DNA from: Octopus sinensis
Taxonomy: Eukaryota
Length of the DNA: 64,000 nt
Assembly (NCBI RefSeq): GCF_006345805.1
Contig: NC_043014.1
Span: 34,410,001 to 34,474,000, forward strand
Direction of reading: 5' to 3'
The translations under genes were made by a program, and so were the position numbers. The notes beneath the pieces were generated by a model. The model was not told where the DNA came from and made no database searches. It was given only the letters and a program-made list of their open reading frames with translations. Below are positions 12,638-26,040 of this stretch, piece after piece. How positions within the stretch are numbered: the first letter of the stretch is position 1; each line of letters begins with the position of its first letter.

Positions 12638-13315
12638 GGGTTGGACAAAATAATGGAAACACCTTACAATTTCAAACAAATTTATTTTAATATGAGGTAG
12701 GACCACCTATGGCAGTAATTACAGCTTAAATTCTATGAGATACAGATTTGTACAAGGTTTGAATTGTTTCCAAAGGAGTTTTTGTCTATTCTTCAGCTAA
12801 AACAGTCTCCAGTTCTTGTAGTGATGATGGTGGAGGATAAAAATTCCTTACTTGTTTTTCTAAAATGCACCATAAATGTTCAATAATATTGAGATCTGGG
12901 GACTGTGGAGGCTAGATAAGATGTTCACCTTCACTAAAATGTTCCTCGTACCATTCAGTAACAGTTTTAGCTGTGTGAATTGGTGCATTATCATCCTGAA
13001 AGATTGCGTTTCCCTCTGGAAACAGTTCCGTAGCCATAGGATGAATTTGATCTGATAAAATGCTTAAATAGTCTTGACTATTAATTCTGCTATGAAAGGA
13101 AACTATTGGGCCAGTGGATTTCCAAGATATAGCCCCCCTTCCCCCTTCATCACAGATCCTCTTCTATGTTTCACAGTTGGAAGAAGACAGTCTGGGTCAA
13201 ATGCTTCTTTTGGCTGTCTCTGCATGTATAGTTGGCCGGTAGTTGGAAATAAGGTAAAGGATGACTCAGCCAAGAAAATAACATTGTTTCACTGCTCTAG
13301 ATACTGATGACCTGA
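12638..13315 (-). mobile_element. Tc1-like transposase relic with DD36E spacing and right TIR
   Basis: Minus-strand translation reads NVIFLAESSFTLFPTTG...DCLLPTVKH...FQDDNAPIHTAKTVTEWYEEHFSEGEHLI*PPQSPDLNIIEHLW...AVITAIGGPTSY*, with several stops. The terminus GGGTTGGACAAAATAATGGAAACACC lies next to a (TA)n tract. Confidence 0.85.
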
Positions 13316-14269
13316 GTGATAAACTGGATAGCAGACAAATCATTTGTTGTGTACAAGAACAAAGACTGTTGGTACAGATCTGTGATATGTATGGAGGATA
13401 GCAGATAGGTAAAGAAGTGTCTAGATATCCAAGTGGAAGGAAACTGTGCAAGAAGATCATCATCTTCGTTTAGCGTCCACTAAACGGTTCAACTGGGGTC
13501 TGGGAAGCCAGAAGGCTGCACCAGGCCCAGTCTGATCTGGCAATTTTTCTACGGCTGGATGCCCTTCCTAACGCCAACCACACCGTGAGTGTAGTGGGTG
13601 CTTTTTACGTGCCACCAGCACAGGTGCCAGACGAGGCTGGCAAACGGCCACGATCGGATGGTGCTTTTTACGTGCCACCAGCACGAGGCCAGTCGGGGCG
13701 GCGCTGGCAATGGCCACGTTCGGATGGTTCTCTTATGTACCACCAGCACTGGTCTAGGAAAATATTTGCAGAGGTGGTAAAAGCTTTTCTCGGGATGTTG
13801 AACCTCACAAAAGAACATGACAAATAGTGCGATGCTGTGTTGAAAAGGACCAAGCATGGAAGGGGGACATAAAAAAAATGATTATGACGGCAAAGACTGC
13901 ATTATCTTCTGCCATATATGTTAGGGTAGGTGTAGGTTCAGGGGCAGTTTGGCTGTTATTTCTAGCAAGTCAAAGGGTCGTGTTGAGGTTCCCTTGTTGG
14001 CTTGTTTAGCATCCTGTTAGCAAGGTTCATAGTTTCATTTATAATTTTAGACAGCCCTACATAAACATATGTAAATGAAGTTGGTCTAGAAGCTAGTTTA
14101 AAATTGACCTACATTTGAACTGACACTCTGAACTATATGCATATTTTATCTTTGTAATAGGTTTGCTAACCTTTTCCACTTGCCAAACTGAAATATTTTT
14201 AATACTTTTGTTCTTATCTTTTTTTTTTTTATTGTTTTACTTCTTCCAGTTTCACTGTGTGTGTGAGTG

Positions 14270-14303
<34 letters not shown>

Positions 14304-15106
14304 AACACATTACATATAGTAAAAGATAGTCACAAACACACCTACAGATTCATACCCACATAAGCACCTAATGATTTTCCTATTTTCAAATGATTGTGCT
14401 ACTTCAAGTTTGGGAAATCTGGCTAATATTGGCATCTAGCAGTTTCTAGGCCATTTTGGTCTCGAATGACAGTTCTTATTAATGCCTAGTCATTGACTTA
14501 GCAAATTATCTGATTATTTTACTCTAAACTAATCCTCTCTCTCTCTCTCTCTCTCTAATTTTCATCTCTCGTATTAAGCTAGTAAACTGGAGATTTTCAT
14601 TCAGAATTTTCTCTCTCTTAACCAAATCATTTGATTTATAAAAATATCCTCTTATGAATTAATACATTTTTCAGTTCCGTCGCCCACATCTTTTGATTGA
14701 GGCTTTCTCCATTAGACACTTGACTACATAGACTAGAATTAAAACATGTTCATTGTTTTCCAGTTCAGCTATTAGTGTTAGTCTATTTTTATAGATTTGT
14801 TAGTACTCAAATAATGAATGCTTTTATTAAGTAGATAGTTGTCTACAAATAAGTTACTGATGCATTCAGTTTTCTTTGTTTCAGTGTTGTACTGTACTAT
14901 AAAACATATTCATAGGTTTGTTGCCGACACTGTATGTAATAAATGGATAGATGTAAACACCTTGTCTGTATATGCTGTATCTTCATGAAGGGAAAAAGAG
15001 GGATCAGCCAAACTAGATTCAGTCTAGTTTTTGGATTACATCAGTAACTGAGTCCCTTCTTTAGCTGTACATGGAACAATGGGCTATCATTGCACTGTTA
15101 CAGAAT

Positions 15107-16362
15107 CATCATCATCATCATCGTTTAACGTCCGTTTTCCGCGCTAGCACGGGTTGGACGGTTCGACCGGGGTCTGGGAAGCCAGGGGCTGCACCAGGCT
15201 CCGTCTGATCTGGCAGAGTTTCTACAGCCTGATGCCCTTCCTAACGCCAACCACTCCACGAGTGTAGTGGGTGCTTTTTACGTGCCACCTGCACAGGTGC
15301 CAGAGGGGTCCGGCATCGGCCATGATCGGTTGGTACTTTTAACATGTCACCGGCACGGAAGCCAGCCAAGGCGGCGCTGGCATCGGCCACGTTCGGATGG
15401 TGCTTTTTATGTGCCACCAGCACAGAAGCCAGTCGAGGCGGCGCTGGCAACGGCCACGTTCGGATGGTGCTTTTTATGTGCCACCGGCAGGAGTATCACA
15501 ACTATTTCCATTGATATTTATTTCGATGTTCATGTACTTGACTCAACAGGTCTCCTCAAGCACAGCGGGATGTTCTGGAATCCAAGGTATTTTGAATGGG
15601 CAGGGGCTATGCGGTACTGGTGCAGGAAGCAGCCAGGGTCTTTGCAGTCACAGCATATCTCCAGAGATCTCGGTCCTTCGCCATTGCCTCAGTGAGGCCC
15701 AACGCTCTGAGGTCATGCTTGACTACCTCATCCCATGTCTTCCTGGGTCTACCTCTCCCCCTGATACCTTCAACTGTTTGGGTGTGGCACTTCTTCACAC
15801 ATCTCTCCTCATCCATCCGCAGTACATGACCATACCATTGCAAGCGTCGCTCTTGCACACCACATCTGATGCTTCTTATGTCCAGCATTTCTCTCAGGGT
15901 GATTACCCTCTGTCGTGCGCACACACTGACATTACACATCCAGCGGATCATGCTAGCTTCATTCTTTTCAAGTCTACGCATGTCCTCTGCAGTCACAGTC
16001 CATGTTTCACTACCGTGAAGCATGGCAGTTCGCACACATGCGTCATACAATCTACCTTTCACTTTGAGTGAGAGACCCTTTGTCGCCAGTAGGGGTAGGA
16101 GCTTTCTGAACTTTGCCCAGGCTATTCGTATTCTAGTGGTGACACTCTCTGAGCATCCACCTCCACTACTAACTTGGTCACCCAGGTAGCGGAAACTATC
16201 AACTACTTCTAGTTTCTCCCCCTGGAGTGTGATGGAATCTGTTTTCTGAGTATCTGTGGTGTCTATTGTCCCTGTGCATCTGCCGCACATGAAAGCTATC
16301 TTATCAGTTAATTTCCCTTTGATGTTGCTGCACCTCTTATGCGTACATAGCTTACACTCCAT
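15107..16362 (-). mobile_element. 5'-truncated RTE LINE (RT C-terminus, 3' UTR, (GAT)n tail)
   Basis: ORF 15607-16362(-) contains VDSFRYLGD, LYDACVRTAMLHGSETW, LQWYGHV and RGRGRPRKTW. It is homologous to 28600-29330 and is followed by the 3' UTR repeats and tail. Confidence 0.92.
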
Positions 16363-16958
16363 AGCTTAAATGCTTAAATAAATAAGACAGACCAATTTGC
16401 ATATACAATATATTATTAGCAACTACTTCTATTACTCTTTTTTCAGCCCTTAAGATAATGTATATGAAGAGGAAGTATTTACGTCTGTCTGTACACAGTT
16501 GTGTTGGCTAAAAATATATACATATTGAAAGGCAAGTTACTGCAGTATTCATCCAGAGATAACATCTCTTAGTACATACTGTATTTAAAAAACACAATAT
16601 ATATTGGAAGGAGGTGAAAATTGTTCTAGCAGTGACTTGTGAGAACACCACCAGATGCATTTTAGCCTAGTTAGGCCTTATCAGTGGTGTGTATTCACAG
16701 CCAGCTATATGCATAAATGAGATTTGCTGTCTCCTATATATATATATAATATATATATATATATATTGGGAACAATAAACAAAACATTCACTGGTATTGT
16801 GAATAGCTGCCAGGCTAAAAAAAAAATGCGTTATGTGCAATAGCAGTATTAAATTAAAATAGGTATTTATTTATCTTATTTAATATAAATACATAATTCA
16901 AAGACAAGTTACTGTGGTATTCCTTTCAGTAATGTATTTATGTTATATATAGATGGCT

Positions 16959-17297
16959 GTGAAGGCGCATGGCTCAGTGGTTAGGGCATCGAGCTTACGA
17001 TCATGAGGTTGTGAGTTCGAATCCCAGACCGGGCTGCGTGTTGTGCTCTTGAGCAAGAAACTTTATTTCACGCATTGCTCCAGTTCACTCAGCTGTAGAA
17101 ATGAGTCGTGAGGTCACAGGTGCCAAGCTGTATCTGCTGTTGTCTTTCCCTTGGATAACACAGGTGGCGTGGAGAGGAGAGGCCGGTATGCATGGGCGAC
17201 TGCTGGTCTTCCATAAACAACCTTGCCCGGACTTGTGCCTGGGAGGGTAACTTTCTAGGTGCAATCCCACGGTCAGTCATGACCAAAGGGGGTCTCA
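16959..17297 (+). mobile_element. tRNA-derived SINE family C with 12-bp TSD (ATATAGATGGCT); second copy ~51207-51540, partial ~46050-46330 and ~36440-36730
   Basis: A box TGGCTCAGTGG and B box GTTCGAATCC. TSD at 16947-16958 and 17298-17309. Confidence 0.9.
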
Positions 17298-18112
17298 ATA
17301 TAGATGGCTATTTTAATTTGATTCCTATTACTATTACAGATTTCTATACATGTATTTTATAGTAGAGTATGGCTTTAGAACAAAACACCGTGTACCAGTT
17401 ATTAATAAGTTGCACTAACTGCAACAGTTATGTTCTACAGTTTGTTCTCAGTTTACATAGTAGGTTGTTCTGCGAATCACCTTGCAAACTGAAATTGTTT
17501 AGGTCGAGGTAGTTGCATAATTATTAATTATAAATAGTAAAATTAACACATTTATTCAAATGGAGATACTATATATGAATATTGTGTGTGTGTGTGTAAG
17601 AGTACTGTTGTAATATTGGTTTTTGTCATCTGTCCAAAATAGTAAAACTTCTTCCATTATTTCCATAAAGTTGCTACATTTGTATAATGTGTGTTTTAAG
17701 ATTATTGAAGGGTCAGTGATTATATTAGCTATGCTATTTTTGAGTCCTTTCCATTTTGAAGTTAATTTCTGTGGAAATCAACTTCTTGACATTTGAAAAA
17801 AAATCTCTTAACAAAATATATAAAAAATATATTTCAGAAATGTACTTGACTGGCAGGTGATTTGATCTGAGACCATGTTTTAAAGCTAAATCAGTTACAG
17901 CATTGAAGACCTATTAGCCATTCAAAAACACACAAGACTGTTCACTTTGTTTAAACATTTATTATTTGTCAAAATTTTCATACTAACTGATCATCATCAA
18001 GATCTCTTAACTGATGCTGGTTGCCACTCTAGATGCTTTCTTAGTCAACTATCACCCTTGTCTCTGTTCTGTCATGTGTAACAGGTTTACTGTGTTGTGA
18101 CCTGTCCAGTTC

Positions 18113-18338
18113 TTAACCCTTTAGCATTCAGATTATTCTGTCAAATATAATATTTATTCATCCATATTGTTTTAAGCTAATCATGCATTATTTCGTAGCT
18201 TTAAGATTTCGATGATGTTATCACCTGTTTTAGATTGATATTATAGGTTGGTGTGAGATACCAAATCTGGGCAGTTTTAACAGAAAACAGGGAGATTATT
18301 TGGGCCAGATATGGCCAGTTTAAACACTAAAGGGTTAA
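18113..18338. mobile_element. TTAA-flanked MITE family 2 (TIR CCCTTTAGCATT); other copies 20451-20800, 20553-20761, ~31090-31280 (partial), 62554-62783
   Basis: TTAA-CCCTTTAGCATT ... AACACTAAAGGG-TTAA, with a shared ~225-bp internal consensus. Confidence 0.85.
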
Positions 18339-18867
18339 TGTCAAACTAGGATTTTCTCTGTCTGCCTCTCTTTCACCCTCCCTCAACTGTGCCTGGAAGA
18401 ATGGCTTTGGACAGGGAGTTGTGGCAGGATACATGACCGCATCAGGCAAGCCTTCATCTGTTTACCTACAGAAGCTTAAAATGTATAATTCTATCGCAAG
18501 TGTTAATTTAGGGTGTGAACTAACTCACTATTGAAGAAGTGAAATGGAAGGAAAGTAAAAAAATTTAATAGCATAAAATTAAATGGTGTTTCTGTATAGG
18601 TGGAGTTTAACCCCCCAGCCCCAAATTACATTGCTAAAGCAAAATTATACAAAGTAGCATGCCAACTGAGGATAACTGTGTACATGCAATTTGGTCCACT
18701 TTAGTGGTAGTGAGTTTATAAACAGTATCTTTGTGTGCACTGTTAAAGAGGGTATTTAGTCACTCGGGAAATCCAAATGCAAGATTGAAATTAGTCCAGC
18801 TCATCCCTCTTTTTCTGTTTGCAAAGAAGTGTCTAAGGACACAGTGTTTACGTCTTTATACATTCAA

Positions 18868-19275
18868 TGTCTTATGAAGAAAGGCTGAAGACGCTTGACC
18901 ATTATTCTCTAGAAAAATGATGACTCCGTGGTGATCTCATTCTTGCTCACAGTATCATAAGCGGAAAGTGTAACCCCTCGAAAGAGCTGTTCTTCATTCC
19001 TGCTCCGGAGCGTCGGCTGCGGGGTCACTCCGAAAAGCTCTATCTGTGACGATTTCATCTCAATCGAAGGAGAGGGGCTTTCTCCGTCTGGGTTGCGGAT
19101 CCGTGGAATAAGCTGCCGGACGAGATAGTGAAGATGCCGACGACCGCTCGGTTCAAAGTCTCTCTTGACCAGAAATGGCTTGAACTCTTTGCATGAACAC
19201 CCCTGTGCATAACTCCATGTCCCCCTACATGGCCTTGCTTTTTGCTTTTTGAACCAAAAAATTAACTTAACTAAA
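18868..19275 (+). mobile_element. CR1-type LINE 3' end with (AACTT/AACT)n tail
   Basis: Translates as SYEERLKTL...LEK..RGDLI...RLRGHSEKL...RRGAFSVWVADPWNKLPDEIV...FKVSLD. Highly similar to 43375-43815. Confidence 0.85.
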
Positions 19276-19310
19276 ATTTAAATTCTGTAGTTTTGTATAG
19301 CATTAGTTGT

Positions 19311-19605
19311 TTGTTCCTTCTCGAGCCATGTCTGGCTCATAAGGACCGGTTTCCTGGTTTCTTGGTGTATAGGTTCCCCACCTGGACGGGATGCTGGTCC
19401 ATCGCAGGTGAGTTGCAAGATGCAGGAGGAAAGAGTGAGAGAAAGTTGTGGCGAAAGAGTCAGCAGAAGTTTCACCATTACCTTCTGCCGGAGCCGCGTG
19501 GAGCTTAGGTGTTTCGCTCATAAACACACACATCATCCGGTCTGAGATTCGAACCCTCGACCGCGAGTCTGCTGCTCAAACCACTAGGCCATGTGTCTCC
19601 ACACA
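19311..19605 (-). mobile_element. tRNA-derived SINE (fourth family) with 14-bp TSD ATAGCATTAGTTGT
   Basis: The minus-strand head has TGGCCTAGTGG and GTTCGAATC boxes. TSD at 19297-19310 and 19606-19619. Confidence 0.88.
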
Positions 19606-19840
19606 ATAGCATTAGTTGTCTATCTATCCACTAGGCAGGCAGGCAAGAAAACCTTTATAAGACATTACGTTCTGAGTTCAAATTCTGCCAAGGTCGACTT
19701 TGCCTTTCATCCTTTCGGGGTTGATTAAATAAGTACCAGTTAATCACTGGGGTTGATGTAATCAACTTAATCCCCTTGTCTGTCCTTGTTTGTCCCCTCT
19801 ATGTTTAGCCCCCTGTGAGCAATAAAGAAATAAATATAAT

Positions 19841-20040
19841 TCTTAGCAATCAGTCCTATGACTTAGAAAATAATTGTCTTTTACCCTAATCTATTAGATC
19901 TATGATCAAAGGCATTCCAGTTATATATCTCCTATTTCTCCCCACCCAGGTAGTGTGCTCTGAACTTCATTGTCTAACATGTCCTTTTTAAAGAGAGTGT
20001 ATGGTTTGAGGGAATTACAGGTCAAGCTACCACACAGAAA
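19841..20040. repeat. ~200-bp repeat inverted at ~21000-21205
   Basis: TTCTTAGCAATCAGTCCTATGACTTAGAAAATAATTGTC...GGAATTACAGGTCAAGC is the reverse complement of the insert inside the MITE at 20911-21360. Confidence 0.85.
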
Positions 20041-20910
20041 CATGTTTCTGGTTGCAGGTTTAGCTGGATGGGGATGCTTGTCTCCCCTTTGTAAACATAT
20101 GGACACAGGAAATGTGTCGAGGCCGACAGGAAGCGTTGATGCTTCCTAGGGTTAAATAGCGGTGGTGTGATTCACTTTATGGGACTGTCACGTTAAGTTG
20201 ACAGTATACAACTGTCCTATCGTTCCACCACTGCTTATATCTCTCTGAGATATTTAGAAATTTAATATTTCTATAAATACATTTTGATTATTTCACTAAA
20301 ATTCTCTAACTTATTTGTAACCATATTTCTAATGAAATACACTGTGTTACTATAAATTTGAAATCATCAAAAATTTGGAGAGATTTAAGTAAAATAAGTA
20401 ATATTCACTATTTTAAGATTATTGAAAATTTTAATTTAAAGATGAACATTTTAATCCTTTAGCATTTAAACTGGCCATATACATCCTACAATATCATTCT
20501 AAAAATAAACTATCACATCATTGAAATCTTGAAGGTATGAAATAATGTATGATTAATCCTTTAACATTCAGATTATTTTATTGAATGATGCTTATTTATT
20601 CACCTTAATCATGCATTCTTGTAGCTTTGAGATTTCAATGATATGATGGTTTATTTTTAGAATGACATTATAGGGTAGGTGTGAGAGGCCACTCTGGTTG
20701 CTTTGAACATAAAACAGAATATTTGGGCTGGATGTGACCAGTTTAAATGTTAAAGGGTTAATTCAAAACAATTTGAATAAATAAACATTACATTTGCCAG
20801 AGGAGGTTTCTGAGATAGGAGTATGAAAAAGATTAAACTCAACTCATAAATTCCAGTTTCAGAATTTTACTACAATGCATAGCATAACTGGTGGGTATTC
20901 TTATAAAACA

Positions 20911-21360
20911 TTAACCCTTTTGTTACCATATTTCTGTTGAGATGTTCTGTGTTTCTTTCAATTAATTTTAAATATAGCACACACACACATACAATGATCC
21001 CAGTAGAGAGCTTCTGTGTAATTGCTTGACCTGTAATTCCCTCAAACCATATACTCTCTTTAAAAGGGACATGTTAGACAATGAAGTTCAGAGTATACTA
21101 CCTGGGTGGGGAGAAATAGGAGATATATAACTGGAATGCCCTTGATCTACTAGATTAGGGCAAAAGACAATTATTTTCTAAGTCATAGGACTGATTGCTA
21201 AGAAACTAGTAAAATAACTTAGTTATCGTTAAGCTAGTGTTAGGAACATAAATTGTGACTAAGGTTTGGTGGAAGATTTTAATTCAGAACATTTGAAAAC
21301 AAGACATTTGTACTGCAGAGCCAGAGGCAGTTTCAGTCAAGTTGGTATCAAAAGGGTTAA
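20911..21360. mobile_element. TTAA MITE family 1 carrying a ~220-bp insertion
   Basis: TTAA-CCCTTTTGTTACCA ... TGGTATCAAAAGGG-TTAA. The consensus is interrupted after AAATATAGC. Confidence 0.85.
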
Positions 21361-22672
21361 CAATTATTTGTTTTAGTAATAGGTGCAGGTGTGGCTGTGT
21401 GGTAAGAAATTTGCTTCCTAACCACATGGTTCTTGGTTTAGTCCCACTGTGTGGCACCTTGGGGAGGTGTATTCTACTGTAGCCTCAGGCTAATCAAAGC
21501 CTTGTGAGTAGATTGGTAGGCAGAAACTAAAAGAAACCCAATATATATGTGTGTATGTGTTTGTCTCCCACCACTGCTTGACAACTGGTGTTGGTGTGTT
21601 TATATCCCTGTAACTTAGTGGTTCGGCAAAAGAGACTGATAAGTACCAGGCTTTACAAAAAATGATAAATACTGGGGTCGATAAATTCCATTAAAATTCT
21701 TGGTGTCCCAGCATGGCTAATGACTGAAACAACTGAAAGACAAGATAAATTAGCTGTTTTGATGTAGTTTGGTTAATAATTACACTAATAGACACTATTA
21801 AAGGCGGAACCAAACCTTTGTCTTTAACTACAAGAAGTTAGTTTTATCATTTGGTTGTTCTTCACAGCCTTTAGGTTTTTATTATTGTCAAAGAATGGAT
21901 GATGTTTATTTTTGTATAAAGACTGCCAATAGCTCTGCCTTGTTTTCTAATTTCTGTCAATTATATCAGGATGGATGTCTGGTAGGGCTTGTAAAGGTCA
22001 TGATTGCTGTCTCTATCTCTGAATCTGTAATAGTAAAAAGTAGAAAAAAAGATGGGCCTTGTTATTAAAATGAGGTTATTTTAAGTTCACATTTGAAAGT
22101 CAGCTTAATGATTATTTTTGATGTTAGGAGCATAAACTGTCCTGAATTAATGTTACGTTTGTCTATGAAAGGTTATAATGATGCTAGGAGTCCCCCACCC
22201 CACCCCGTTTTCCTTTTTAGGAAGAACCCTTTCATATAGCGTGCTTGTTTCTGATTAGCTTTCAAGTTTTTAAAACATTTACAAATCTTCTAGTAAATAG
22301 AATATTGTTTGACAAAGCTTTTGTCATCTCTAAATTCCTACGTTTCTTTGATTTGATAATTTGTATTAACCGACAAATGGCTGCTAAATTATGGTGTTTT
22401 ACATATTCAAACAAGATGAGACACTTTTTGCATCTGTATGCTTGATTGTTAAGAGATTCTACTTATCCTTTACAATTAAGTAAGCAGTAAGAAGAGTATC
22501 CAGATGGGACAAGGATAAAAAAACAAAAACAAAAAAAAAACATTTGCTTTATAGACATGTCCATATTTGCAAACTTTAACTGTGTACAATGCATTTCCAA
22601 TCTTTTGAAATAAACCTCTGATGTTGTATTTTCCTTTTGTCTAATTTCTGTATTTTTTAAATTTTTCCTCAG

Positions 22673-22781
22673 AAATTAAAGAAAGCTGAAGATTTATCAG
22701 TTATTGATAACCGGCTAACTACATTAGAAGCACGGAAACCAGAAAATCGCAACAAAAATCGATATAGAGATGTAAATCCAT
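22673..22781 (+). CDS. PTPN1: PTPN1/PTPN2-like tyrosine phosphatase, internal exon A (109 nt, phase 0-1): KLKKAEDLSVIDNRLTTLEARKPENRNKNRYRDVNP(Y)
   Basis: Polypyrimidine tract and CAG acceptor at 22670-22672; donor GTGAGT at 22782. Contains the pTyr-recognition motif KNRYRDV. Not in the ORF track. Confidence 0.95.
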
Positions 22782-23156
22782 GTGAGTCTTAAAACATTAC
22801 AGTATGAAATTATTGAATGGTTTTCTTTAGCTGTATTTTTACAAATCATTAGCAGTCAAAGTAACCAGCAAAAAAGGACAGAGACTGTGTAAAGATAATG
22901 TTGTTGTTTGGACAGGTGCAGCACACTCACTCTCCACTTGACAAATCACACAAGAGATTAATCTATTTCTCTTATAGTAGTGAAAAAAATGATGAAACTA
23001 TCAACTTATAATATCATTAGTATTGTAAACACTAAAAAGTTAAAACTTTGAAAAACTACATTACTCTGTGCGAGTCATCATCATTGCTTAACGTCCATCC
23101 TCCAGCATGGAACGCTGGCATGAGTTGGATGGTAGTTGGATGGTATGACAGGATAT

Positions 23157-23392
23157 TTTAAGGTGGCTAGCTGGCAGAAACGTTAGCACGCTGGGCGAAA
23201 TACTTAGTGGTATTTCGTCTCCCGTTATGTTGTGAGTTCAAATTCCGCCGAGGTCGACTTTGCCTTTCATCCTTTCGGGGTCGATAAATTAAGTACCAGT
23301 TACACACTGGGGTCGATGTAATCGACTTAATACCTATTTCTGTCCTTGTTTGTCCCCTCTGTGTTTAGCCCCTTGTGGGTAATAAAGAAATA
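23157..23392 (+). mobile_element. SINE family A with 15-bp TSD GGTATGACAGGATAT, inserted into an older RTE tail fragment
   Basis: TSD at 23142-23156 and 23393-23407. Confidence 0.9.
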
Positions 23393-25107
23393 GGTATGAC
23401 AGGATATGAAGAGCCAGAGGACTTCATTGAGTTCTGCTTTGGTGTGGTTTCTATGGCTGGATGCCTTTCCTAAGGCCACATTACTATTGCCACCCCCACT
23501 CATCATCACAGATATAGACCATTTTCTGCAGCAAATTCAAAACAGCAAAATTTCACAAATAAAACAACCAAATAAAAAAACCCTTTATTTATTTATTTTT
23601 TTTACATCCATTGCTCCATTTTGGTCACCCCTTTATTGCCCCATTTTTCTTCAATGACCCCCCCCCCCCACACACACACCGCAATCTTTCCACCACTCCC
23701 AGAAGAGTGGTACCGCCCACTTTGGGAACCACTGTTTTAGAATCTAACAACCTTAGTCTTAGTCCTTCCCGCTCTCCAAGGAACATCAGGAACTGAAGCT
23801 AACAATAGTTATGTAATTATTTTGAATCCAGGGTTGTTGAGTTAGTATGCAAAACTTTTTGCCTCTGACTCCAACTCCAACCCTTTCAATTTGTAATCAG
23901 ATTAATCATCTTTTTCTTATATGGATTGTAAGATATAAAGTATAAAAATGCTATAAAAGAATGTTAAGAACATGATTGTTTACCATTTGGAAAATATAAA
24001 GTACATCAGAGTGAAAGCTAAAAGACTTAATGAGGAAGTAATTTGACAAATGGCTATTTTAAAAGAAATAAACTCAGATATGTAGCCTTTCCTTTTCGAA
24101 ATTAAAGCATTGTTTGAATATAAAGTTTAAATGAATGTAACAAGAAGATTGCATCTGAAGTGAAATCCTGCAATTCCCATGTACCCCAGAGCTTGTAGTC
24201 CTGCTGCACACTGGATGGTGACCTCAATGGTGCAGTTGATACCACATAAAGGCATCCAGTCCATGCTGTAAAATGGTTGGTCTTTGGAAGAGCATCCAGC
24301 CATAAAAAACATGTCAAAGCAGACATTGGAGCTCAATGCAGACCTTGGACACATTAGTCCCTATCAAACTATCCAACCCATGCCAGCATGGAACATGGAT
24401 GTTAATTGACGAGATGATGATGATTGAAAATTTTATCCCTACGTAATTTATTAAAGAAATATTGTATTTTGTAGTTATTGAAAGTTTAAAAAAAACAAAT
24501 TTCTAATATTGTTTTCTGAGAAACAGAATTCTTAGTGTTTATTACTCCTGTGTTTCTGCCATGAGGTTTATTTTCTCTTTTATTCTTCCTGTGATTCTAC
24601 TGCCCCTCTTATGTGCTCATGGTTTGCACTGGGTCAGCATAGTTATGTTGATGTGCATGTACTCTCTATATCAATACCTCATCATAACTAATCACAAATG
24701 CTAAAACATCCTGCTGTATTGCAAAATGGTTAGCAATTGAGTGGGTGGGCATCTAGCTGTCAAAAAACTATGCCAAAAGAAAATCACTTACACAACTACT
24801 GCATTCTATATAAATACATTTATATGGACACTGTCTCTGCTGTATAAATACCCTAGTCTAAATAAGTACATTAACACCTCTAACACCATTGATATTATGA
24901 AAGCTTACAGGTTAAATTGAAATCTAAATTGCTAGAACTTCCTGTGAAAAAGGAAATAGTTTGTATCATTTGACACGACTGATTTCACATCTATTAATGT
25001 TTCATTCTGATATTACTTCCTCTTTGCAGACCACCAGGGCAGTAAACAAATAACAACACAATTCTTTCAAGTCCTAGCTTTATCATAAGCATAATATCTA
25101 TCTTCTA

Positions 25108-25412
25108 TTGTGTCTGGGGAGAGTCATTTTCTTTTTGTACCTTATAATTTAACACACTCACCAGTAAAATTTCCACTTATTTCTTATTTTTATTTTCCTA
25201 AAATTTTCGTTGCGTCTTGCAACCTTTTCAATAGTCAAGACTATTGAAAATTTTAGGAAAATTAAAATAAGAAATATGTGGAAATTTTACCGGTGAGTGT
25301 GTTACATTATAAGGCACAAAAAGAAAATGACTCTCCCCAGACACAACAGAATATGCTTCAACACACGAACTCATATAAAGAATCTTGCAAGCCAAATCCA
25401 AAAACGAAATAT
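25108..25412. mobile_element. Palindromic (long-TIR) element TTGTGTCTGGGGAGAGTCAT..., homologous to 55280-55597; remnant ~9760-9810
   Basis: 25108-25346 folds on itself with ~110-bp arms. It is followed by a 65-bp tail that is also present (inverted) at 55280-55341. Confidence 0.8.
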
Positions 25413-26040
25413 CTATCTTGCTATTTAGGAATGTATTTTGTGCAGTATGTTTAATAAGAGACAATCTGACATCTTAATTGACAAAATTTTGTCCATTGCC
25501 AAATATTTACAGAATTTAATTATCTGATATTTTATGTTTGTTTTTCCTGAATTGAAAAAAAAAAATAATTAAAAAAAGAACTCTTTAATTTCCCTCTATT
25601 TGGATGTTTCCCGCCTGTATCAGTTGTATTCAGTTTCCTCTGTTTGTTGTATTGTTTTCTGCATTAGTTTAAATAAGGACATTTTTTTAGAATCTAACAA
25701 CCTTAGCCTTGGTCTCTCCCACTCTCCATAGAACATCAGGTAACTGAAGCTAACAATAGTTATGTAATTATTGGTTAGCACATTTGAAACCAGGGTTGTT
25801 GAGTTAGTACACAAAACTTTTTGACTCTGACTCCAACCCACCAATTTATGGTGCCTCCAACTCTGATTACAACTCTTCAATTTGTAATCAGTATTAATCA
25901 TCTATTTCTTATATGGATTGAAAGCACATACCATACAAGGCTAAAGTGAATTATTGGGTTACATTTAGCACCCTAACCTGTTAAAGTTTAGTTTTAAAGA
26001 TTATAGCAAAGATGTGGCTTTTTAATATTATTTATAATTT

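Noticed and set aside
16959-17030. tRNA-like sequences (also ~51207, ~19530-19605)
   Set aside because: A/B boxes are present, but they continue into SINE bodies with TSDs and I could not fold a complete cloverleaf.
20160-20236. Small imperfect inverted repeat AGCGGTGG...CCACTGCT with an internal hairpin
   Set aside because: Short, imperfect and single copy, so compatible with chance or a tiny transposon remnant.
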